Made by a program: the position numbers and the translations under genes. The notes under the pieces were generated by a model, which had not been told where the DNA came from, did no database searches, and worked only from the letters and a program-made list of their open reading frames with translations. A DNA stretch of 8,481 nucleotides, taken from the NCBI GenBank assembly GCA_039091335.1, contig JAWCME010000017.1, positions 1-8,481 of the forward strand, in the 5' to 3' direction. Of the stretch, positions 1 to 6,665 are shown piece after piece (position 1 is the stretch's first letter; every line of letters begins with the position of its first letter). Origin of the DNA: Candidatus Aenigmatarchaeota archaeon (lineage in GTDB: Archaea; Aenigmatarchaeota; Aenigmatarchaeia; CG10238-14; SCSR01).

Positions 1-2
1 CA

Positions 3-386
3 ACCATAGCTTACAGTATAATGTCTGCAGTAATAACTCCGGATGAAACAAAAATTCCTGAAAAAAACATAATAAATTACGAGTTAAATGATAGGCAAAA
101 ATATATTCTATTACAAAATGGTAAAGTTATTGCAAAATTTATCTATAATATAAATTGTTTAGAATGCTTACAGCAAAAATCTTACCTTGAATCTTTTGCA
201 ACGCAGTATTCTAATCAAATATTTTTAGAGGAAATTACTAATACGACTACTCAAAACTCTACTTTATTTCTTGAAAGCCTAAGAGGATATGAAGTTTTAA
301 CCAATGTAACTCAGGAAAATGCTTTTAATGTTTTTTGTGAATTGATGCTTCAGCCACCTGTTGACTGTGTTTTGAGGAAAGTATAA
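3..386 (+). CDS. Hypothetical protein, probably exported or membrane-anchored, with a thioredoxin-like CxxC; likely 5'-truncated by the window edge
   Basis: The frame is open from the left edge (acc ata gct tac agt ata ATG = TIAYSIM), so the ATG at 21 may be internal to a hydrophobic anchor. Contains KFIYNINCLEC (strand followed by CxxC), a C-terminal Cys pair and NxS/T sequons (NTT, NST, NVT). Its TAA overlaps the next ATG (TAATG, 384-388). Confidence 0.6.
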   Translation, partial: TIAYSIMSAVITPDETKIPEKNIINYELNDRQKYILLQNGKVIAKFIYNINCLECLQQKSYLESFATQYSNQIFLEEITNTTTQNSTLFLESLRGYEVLTNVTQENAFNVFCELMLQPPVDCVLRKV

Positions 387-970
387 TGAAAATCGTTGGA
401 ATAGATTTAGCTGGCGTTGAAACAAGAAAAACTGGTTTTTGTGTGCTTGATGAAAAAATGAATGTAGAAACTTACATACTGCATAGCAATAAAGAAATAA
501 TTAAAAAAGTTGAAGATGTGAAACCAAAAATAATTGCAATTGATGCTCCATTGGCTTTACCAAAAGAGAGAAAATCTTTAGAAGAAAAAGGTAATGTTCA
601 TTTAAGAGAGTGTGACAAAAAGCTTTTAAAGATGGGAATTAAATTTTTTCCTATTACTCTTGGACCGATGAGAAAATTAACTGAAAGGGGAATTAAGCTA
701 AGAAAAATATTTGAAAAGAAAGGAATCGAAGTAATAGAAACCTATCCTGGAGCTGCTCAAGATATATTAAAAATTCCTAGAAAGCAAAAAGGAATTGATA
801 AATTAAAAAAAGCTCTAGAAAATTTGGGAATAAAAGGATTGAAAAATAAAATAACGGATGATGAATTAGATGCAGTTACCTGTGCTTTAGTCGGGAAGAT
901 GTATTTGGAAAAAAATTATTTGGCTATAGGTGATTCAGAAGAAATATTAATGATATTACCAAAATTATAG
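386..970 (+). CDS. DUF429 family protein, predicted RNase H-like fold nuclease
   Basis: Family-type motifs: N-terminal IVGIDLAG...TG, IAIDAPL, LRECD, EVIETYPGA and DELDAVTCA, with the acidic residues present. Confidence 0.85.
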   Translation: MKIVGIDLAGVETRKTGFCVLDEKMNVETYILHSNKEIIKKVEDVKPKIIAIDAPLALPKERKSLEEKGNVHLRECDKKLLKMGIKFFPITLGPMRKLTERGIKLRKIFEKKGIEVIETYPGAAQDILKIPRKQKGIDKLKKALENLGIKGLKNKITDDELDAVTCALVGKMYLEKNYLAIGDSEEILMILPKL

Positions 971-2737
971 TAACTTTGCTTTTATCCTTCTTATACCAGC
1001 TGCAACAGCTTCTTCTTTAATTATTTTGAACCTACCAAGTTCTTTTGTATTCTTGACATGTGGACCACCGCATATTTCAACAGAAAAATTACCGATTGAA
1101 TAAACAGAAACCCTTTCACCATATTTATGTTCAAAAACAGCTTGTGCTCCTATCTTTTTCGCTTCTTCTACTGTCATTTCTTCTCTCTTAACTGGTAAAG
1201 CTTTTTTAATTTGTTCGTTAACAACTTCCTCAACTTTCCTTATTTCTTCTTCAGTTAACTTTCTATCAAAATTAAAATCGAAACGCAACCTCTCTGGAGT
1301 TATATTCGACCCTTTTTGAACTATATCTCTTCTGCCCAAAACTCTACGAAGTGCTTCATTTAAGAGATGAGTAGCTGTATGTAGCTTAGTGGTTTGTTCA
1401 GATGTATCAGCCAAACCACCTTTAAATTTTTTTTCAGCTCCAACTCTAGAAATTTTCTTATGTCTTTCAAATTCTTTTTCAAAACCCCTTTCATCCACTT
1501 GAATACCTAGTTCATTCGCAAGTTCTTTTATCATTTCTATCGGAAAGCCAAAACTTTGAAAGAGTAGGAAAGCATCCTTACCACTAATTTTTTTCACACG
1601 TTTTGCAATTTCTTCAAATTTCTTCAAACCTCTTTCAAGGGTGTTTCTGAATTTTAACTCTTCTTTTTTTATTTCATTCAAAATAAATTCTTTCTTTTCT
1701 TCTAAATACGGATAATCTTTTTTGTATATTTCGATAACTATTTTAGCTAAATCACCGATAAATTCCTTCTCTATTCCGATTATTTTTCCATGTCTTATGC
1801 ATCTTCTTATCAATCTCCTCAAAACATACCCACGGTCAACATTACTTGGAACAATTTCTTCAGCCATTATAAAAACTGAGGCTTTAACATGATCTGCAAT
1901 TATTCTTATAGACCTTTCTTGTTTTTCATCTGGCAATTTAATTTTTGCAATTTCCTTTATTTTTTCAACGATTGGCCTAAAAGTTTCTATCTCGTACACA
2001 CTCTTTTTGTTCTGCAACACAGCAACAGTTCTTTCAACCCCCATACCAGTATCTACATTCTTCTGCTTTAGCAGCTCGTATTTTCCTTCTTTAGTCTTGT
2101 TATACTGCATAAATACATCATTCCATATTTCAAAATATTTCCCACATGAACATCCTGGCTTACAATCTTTACCACAAGGTTCCTTTCCACTGTCGTAAAA
2201 CATTTCCGTATCAGGACCGCATGGTCCTGTCTCTCCAACAGGACCCCACCAGTTATCTTTTTTTGGCATGTAAAAAATTCTTTCTTTTGGTATACCAACA
2301 CTCTGCCAAATCTTGGCACTTTCTTCATCTCTCGGCACATCTTTATCTCCTGCAAAAACAGTAACGTATAATCTTTCCTTGTCCAAACCAAGCCATTTCT
2401 TATCAGTAAGAAATTCAAAGCTCCATTTTATCGCTTCTTCCTTAAAATAATCTCCCAAAGACCAGTTACCGAGCATTTCAAAAAAAGTTAAATGGAAGTC
2501 ATCACCCACTTTATCTATATCATCAGTCCTTAAACATTTCTGCACATTTACAAGTCTTTTTCCCATAGGATGGGGTTGACCCAACAAAAAAGGGACAAGA
2601 GGATGCATACCGGCAGTAGTGAATAGAACAGTAGGATCTTCTTGTGGAATTAAAGAAGCATTGGGAATAACTTTATGATTTTTTTGCTTAAAAAACTCTA
2701 TGTAGAGTTTTATCAGCTTTCTTGAATCTATAACCAT
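965..2737 (-). CDS. alaS: Alanine--tRNA ligase, short (590 aa) bacterial-like form lacking C-Ala
   Basis: Aminoacylation and tRNA-binding motifs LFTTAGM, QKCLR, HLTFFEMLGNWSLGDYFK, GPCGP, EIWNDVFMQY, DTGMGVER and GYVLRRLIRR; editing-site motifs HTATH and CGGPH; ends at GIRRIKA. Confidence 0.97.
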   Translation of the reverse strand: MVIDSRKLIKLYIEFFKQKNHKVIPNASLIPQEDPTVLFTTAGMHPLVPFLLGQPHPMGKRLVNVQKCLRTDDIDKVGDDFHLTFFEMLGNWSLGDYFKEEAIKWSFEFLTDKKWLGLDKERLYVTVFAGDKDVPRDEESAKIWQSVGIPKERIFYMPKKDNWWGPVGETGPCGPDTEMFYDSGKEPCGKDCKPGCSCGKYFEIWNDVFMQYNKTKEGKYELLKQKNVDTGMGVERTVAVLQNKKSVYEIETFRPIVEKIKEIAKIKLPDEKQERSIRIIADHVKASVFIMAEEIVPSNVDRGYVLRRLIRRCIRHGKIIGIEKEFIGDLAKIVIEIYKKDYPYLEEKKEFILNEIKKEELKFRNTLERGLKKFEEIAKRVKKISGKDAFLLFQSFGFPIEMIKELANELGIQVDERGFEKEFERHKKISRVGAEKKFKGGLADTSEQTTKLHTATHLLNEALRRVLGRRDIVQKGSNITPERLRFDFNFDRKLTEEEIRKVEEVVNEQIKKALPVKREEMTVEEAKKIGAQAVFEHKYGERVSVYSIGNFSVEICGGPHVKNTKELGRFKIIKEEAVAAGIRRIKAKLL

Positions 2738-2746
2738 AATCTACAA

Positions 2747-3950
2747 TTAAATTCCTAATATTGAAATAACTAACGGATTTAAGCCAGAAAAAAACAAAAC
2801 TGAAGGAACCAATAAAACACCCATACAATGAGTTCTTCTTATACCAAGATAAACACAAAGCAAACCGATTGCGAGAGAAGTAAACAAAATCAACAATCCT
2901 TTAATTCCAGAAAGCAGAAAAACCATAGAAGTAATAAGCACAATAACTAATAAAGAAATAGTTTTATAATTTAGTTTTTCCAAAAATCTTGGAATCTTTC
3001 TTCCTAAAAAAAGAGTTAATATTGCAGCTAAACCAGAAGTCAAACAAATTACACCGATTATATATACCACATCGAAAAAAGTTAGCTCAACTAAAATTTT
3101 TTGGATAGCAACAGAAGCACCACTCCTAGGATTACCTACAAGATAAAGAGAAACTAAGGAAAAAATTTCATTGGCAACATTTATTCCACTTAGAGTAACT
3201 AAAAAATTTCTTGCTTCACCTGCTCTTCCAAGATATTGAACCATAGTAGCTGCTTGTGAAACACCTATCGCAGGTAGCAAACCAACTATAACTCCAGCAA
3301 AAGTGCCAAGAACAATTGATTTGAAAATATTTTTACTCGAAATGTTTAAAGTATCATCTTCAACCTGCCTTGGTATTTTTGATTTTTGTGAAATGCTAAC
3401 AAACAAAGTACTTAAACCAAACAAACCAGATAGAATTGGAAAAAGAACTCTTTGCTGTGGAAGAATGGAAGAATTTAAAGTAAAAATTCCTAGCAGGCCA
3501 GATAATCCTATAACCAAGATTGCAGAAAGAACTTTTCTCAATTTTTTCTCTGTAAATATCATCAGAACAATCACTGAAATTATAGCGAAATGAATGTATG
3601 GTCTTGATATCTCATACAACCAACCAAAAACACCAGCAAAAANNNNNNNNNNTCACGGTAAGCTTTATTGCTTCATATCCTTTTCCTTCAAACAGTAGCC
3701 TATGACCAGGCAAAACTGACAAAGCAGTATTCTCATCAGGAGCTCCAAGAAAAATTGAAGGAATAAAACTGATAAAAATCTGTGTTATAGCAATGGAAAC
3801 TATAAGAACAGTTAGGTTATATGAAGCAAACAAAAACGAGAAAGACAAAATTAAAGGTAAAATATTGTTTATATGCATACCTGGTAATAGACCTAAAGGT
3901 ATTCCTATCAAAACTCCTAACAGAGAAAACAAAATTGTTTCTAATATCAA
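2747..3950 (-). CDS. Archaeal TctA-family (tripartite tricarboxylate transporter large subunit-like) polytopic membrane protein; a single gene interrupted by an assembly gap at 3643-3652
   Basis: The N-terminal part has GLLPGMHIN, FIPSIFLGAP and SVLPGHRLLFEGKGYEA. The C-terminal part has LFPILSGLFGLS, GLLPAIG and GNPRSG. After the Ns the downstream frame is open right up to the gap (FAGVFGWLYEISRPY). TTG start with AGGT upstream. Confidence 0.85.
3643..3652. other. Assembly gap (10 N placeholder) inside the TctA-family gene
   Basis: Run of 10 N; the reading frame differs on either side, so the true gap length is not 10. Confidence 0.98.
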
Positions 3951-3955
3951 TTCTA

Positions 3956-4366
3956 CTACCTTAAAATTTTTATATCTTCTGGTTTTCTAGGAATTATTTG
4001 TAACTGTCCCTTATATTCGTCAACCAATCCTGTCACAATTATTTTTGTTCCTTTTTTTAAATTATCAACAGGAAAATCATTTTCATTTAAACTATTAACA
4101 AATCCAGAAAATAGAGGAATTTGAATTTTTGACTGATTATCAGCAATCGTTAAAAATATGTGACCAGCAGGATGATTATTTCTATAAATTATGTAACCAG
4201 TAGTTCTCACAGTTTTACCAATAAGTCGAGAGTCTATTTCACTTATTTTCGTAGTTGAGGGTTGGATGTTAACAGCGGAAAAATAGATTAAAATTAAGCC
4301 TAAAACTGATGAAAATAAACATATTAAAATCAATTTGTTCTGTTTAATATTTTGAAAGCTGAACAT
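3956..4366 (-). CDS. OB-fold (nucleic-acid-binding type) protein with an N-terminal transmembrane anchor
   Basis: Basic residues then a hydrophobic helix (KLILICLFSSVLGLILIYFSAV), followed by OB-fold strand patterns IGKTVRTTGYI, GHIFLTIAD and LKKGTKIIVTGLVDEYKGQLQIIP. Confidence 0.8.
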   Translation of the reverse strand: MFSFQNIKQNKLILICLFSSVLGLILIYFSAVNIQPSTTKISEIDSRLIGKTVRTTGYIIYRNNHPAGHIFLTIADNQSKIQIPLFSGFVNSLNENDFPVDNLKKGTKIIVTGLVDEYKGQLQIIPRKPEDIKILR

Positions 4367-4385
4367 GAAATTTTGTTTGAAAAAA

Positions 4386-4394
4386 TTATAAAAA
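4386..4394 (-). promoter_or_regulatory. Putative archaeal TATA box for the OB-fold/TctA/alaS unit
   Basis: The minus strand reads TTTTTATAA, centred about 24 nt upstream of the ATG at 4366, which fits a leaderless transcript. Confidence 0.45.
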
Positions 4395-4421
4395 TAGATT
4401 TAGAACTACTTTTGGTGGTGA

Positions 4422-5009
4422 TTAACAGGTAATGTGAATATAAGCCACAACTTTTTTTCCACTTTCATATAATTGTTTAAATTTTTTTATAGCTTCCAAA
4501 GATGGGAAAGATAATAATAATATTCCTTTTTGTTCAGCTATTTTTTGTACATCGGAAGAAATTTCCATATCTCCTTCTATACCAGTACCTACAACTATCA
4601 CTTCTGGCTTTTCACTGAGGATGGAACTGAATTCTTTTTTTGAAATAAGATGCCTAATCTGTGTTTGAATTTCTTTAACCAATCCTTTATAAGAAATTAT
4701 GACATCTTTATCGTATTTTTTGTTGTTGATTGTTATATTACCAAACTCTAAAGAATTAATCTTAATCGGATTATTTTTGCTGTGAGTAATTCTTGATTTC
4801 ACATTAATCAAAGTTCTAAAAAGTTTATCTCTTTTTCTATCTCTTATCTGTGAAATTTGATTATTTTCAAGATATTTCAACAAAATATCCTCGATAATTC
4901 TAGATTTCGGAATTTCTATAGAAAGTTTATTTTCCTGTTTCCACTTTTCAACAACTTTTTTTACTAGCTCACTGCTTATTTCTGGTCTCATATGTACATT
5001 TATGTGCAT
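4422..5009 (-). CDS. Mth938/DUF498-like domain protein with an N-terminal putative ribbon-helix-helix domain
   Basis: From about aa 82 onward: KINSLEFGNITINNKKYDKDVII...PEVIVVGTG...S.EAIK.F...VVAYIHITC, the Mth938/AAMDC pattern. Residues 1-48 show an alternating strand (MHINVHM), helix A and helix B KSRIIEDILLKYL, as in CopG/Arc/MetJ proteins. The start could be 5009 or 4991. Confidence 0.75.
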   Translation of the reverse strand: MHINVHMRPEISSELVKKVVEKWKQENKLSIEIPKSRIIEDILLKYLENNQISQIRDRKRDKLFRTLINVKSRITHSKNNPIKINSLEFGNITINNKKYDKDVIISYKGLVKEIQTQIRHLISKKEFSSILSEKPEVIVVGTGIEGDMEISSDVQKIAEQKGILLLSFPSLEAIKKFKQLYESGKKVVAYIHITC

Positions 5010-5012
5010 ATG
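4989..5012. repeat. Imperfect 24-bp inverted repeat, candidate operator
   Basis: CATATGTACAT-TT-ATGTGCATATG; the arms match at 10 of 11 positions. It covers the ATG at 5009-5007. Confidence 0.55.
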
Positions 5013-5022
5013 TGTACTTAAA

Positions 5023-5030
5023 TTTTAAAA
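5023..5030 (+). promoter_or_regulatory. Putative TATA box (palindromic TTTTAAAA) for the HMGS-DUF35 gene, possibly bidirectional
   Basis: Centred about 26 nt upstream of the ATG at 5053 in the 43-bp divergent spacer; no SD-like motif precedes that ATG. Confidence 0.5.
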
Positions 5031-5052
5031 GCTGTGTTTCGATATTAAAATA

Positions 5053-6648
5053 ATGACAAATGTTGGAATAGAAGGTTATGGTGTATGCATACCTAGAGAA
5101 AGAATTAAAACTGAGGAAATCGTTAAAGAGAGGGAAAGTTGGCGTCGTGATTTACCAGAATATTTGGAAAAAATAAGAAAAGGACTACTTCTTAACTATA
5201 AAGCAATAGCTGGGCCTTGCGAAGATTCGACTACATTAGCGGCTGAAGCAGCTGGAAATGCATTCAGAATGTCAGGAATTAATCCGAAAGAAATGGGGAA
5301 AGATCCTTTTGAATGTGCAGCAGTATACGTAGGCTCGGAATCAAAACCTTATGCAGTAGGAACAATTGCAGTAGAAGTTGCATCATTTTTTGGTATGGGA
5401 CCTTACATATTCGCTCCAGACGAAGAAGGAGCATGCAATGCTGGGATGCAAGCAGTTAGTGATGTAAGATCAAAAGTTTTATCAGGAGAAATTCATCGTG
5501 GACTTGCCATAGGTACGGATGTAGCACAAGCACCAATAGGAGATCCTCTAGAATATGCTTGTGGAGCTGGAGCAGGAGCTTTTTTAATAGGAAGAGATAA
5601 TTTAATAGCTGAATTGTATGATGTAGTCCCATTTTCAACTAATGAAAGGGACTTTTTCAGAAGAGAAGGTATGCTAGTACCAAAACATTTCGGAAAAACA
5701 ACAGTGAAAACATATTTAACTCATGTTATCGGTGGAATAGTTGGAATGTTAAAAAAACATCCTGATAAAAGTTTAGAAGATTTTGATTATATAACAGCTC
5801 ATCAACCTTCTGGCTACATGGTGCTCAAAACTTTTAAAACCTTGTCAGGTGAAAGTAAGGATCCTTTTGATATAGATAAAATGATTGAAGACAAAGATTT
5901 AAAAGAAAGAATAAAACTTACTCCGGAAAGTGTCAAAAGAAAAGTGGAACCATGGCTCACGGTTTTATATACTGGGAATACATATGCAGCTTCAACTCCG
6001 ATAGCTGTAGCCAACATTTTAGATAATGCAAAACCTGGTGAAGAGATATTGGCAGTTTCTTATGGCTCTGGTGCATCTTCTATTGCAACATGGATTAAGG
6101 TTTTAGATGGAATTGAAGAAAAAAAAGGTATCGTGCCATCAGTTAGAGAATATATAGAAAGATTTACAGAAATAAGTCTGAAAACATACATCGATCGTCT
6201 AAAAGAAAGATTTGAAAGATGGGTAAGAAATAAACATTTAATATTTCCAAAAATCATAGGAGAAATTGAACCAATAGGTAATGAAAGAATTGAAATTACA
6301 CTTTGTGATGACTGTAAAACAATATACTATCCTGCAAAAAATAAATGCCTTAATCCAGACTGCAAAGAAGAAAAATTAATTAGAAAGTATATTCCGAAAA
6401 GAGCAAGATTAAAAAATTATGAAAAACCATTTGGAAAGCCTGCTCTTAGAAAAAGTGTTTACCATGTTTTAAAAAGAGATAAAGTAATTCTTGTTGATTG
6501 TGATTTTAAAGATTTAGAAATAGGAATGGAATTAGAACCTGTAATAAGAAGGTTTGATTATCAAGGAAAAGATGGATTAATTCAATATGGCCCTGCGCTA
6601 AGACCGATATTTAGAAATAAATACAAAACCAAATCGAACTGTTTATAA
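5053..6648 (+). CDS. Archaeal-type hydroxymethylglutaryl-CoA synthase family protein fused to a C-terminal DUF35 (zinc ribbon + OB-fold) domain
   Basis: VGIEGYGVCIPRERI, EDSTTLAAEAA, VGSESKPYAV (E96), GACNAG (C128), GAGAGA, DFFRREG, HQP (H250), GNTY (N309) and VSYGSGA. The C-terminus has C418xxC421-IYYP-C432/C437 and IGMELEPVIRR...GLIQYG..RP, typical of DUF35. Confidence 0.88.
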   Translation: MTNVGIEGYGVCIPRERIKTEEIVKERESWRRDLPEYLEKIRKGLLLNYKAIAGPCEDSTTLAAEAAGNAFRMSGINPKEMGKDPFECAAVYVGSESKPYAVGTIAVEVASFFGMGPYIFAPDEEGACNAGMQAVSDVRSKVLSGEIHRGLAIGTDVAQAPIGDPLEYACGAGAGAFLIGRDNLIAELYDVVPFSTNERDFFRREGMLVPKHFGKTTVKTYLTHVIGGIVGMLKKHPDKSLEDFDYITAHQPSGYMVLKTFKTLSGESKDPFDIDKMIEDKDLKERIKLTPESVKRKVEPWLTVLYTGNTYAASTPIAVANILDNAKPGEEILAVSYGSGASSIATWIKVLDGIEEKKGIVPSVREYIERFTEISLKTYIDRLKERFERWVRNKHLIFPKIIGEIEPIGNERIEITLCDDCKTIYYPAKNKCLNPDCKEEKLIRKYIPKRARLKNYEKPFGKPALRKSVYHVLKRDKVILVDCDFKDLEIGMELEPVIRRFDYQGKDGLIQYGPALRPIFRNKYKTKSNCL

Positions 6649-6665
6649 AAATCAACAATTGTTAA

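Noticed and set aside
386..970. DUF429 as part of a defence island or mobile element
   Set aside because: No partner defence genes, terminal repeats or integrase are present, and the context is housekeeping.
1889..2418. Four short alternative-frame ORFs (1889-2071, 2007-2198, 2068-2418, 2146-2364)
   Set aside because: All lie inside the conserved alaS catalytic domain and have no recognisable motifs; shadow ORFs.
2747..3950. TctA-family gene apparently split into two ORFs (pseudogene or programmed frameshift)
   Set aside because: The frame change coincides exactly with the 10-N gap and both frames are open up to it, so this is an assembly artefact.
3303..3990. Plus-strand ORFs 3303-3593 and 3793-3990
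   Set aside because: Antisense to a hydrophobic membrane gene; the Lys/Asn/Ile-rich content mirrors T-rich codons.
5456..6257. Minus-strand ORFs 5456-5638, 5814-6017 and 6060-6257
   Set aside because: Antisense shadows within the well-supported HMGS-DUF35 gene.
6654..6663. Perfect palindrome AACAATTGTT between the convergent HMGS and tmk genes
   Set aside because: Short and AT-rich with no loop; plausible by chance and not a convincing terminator.
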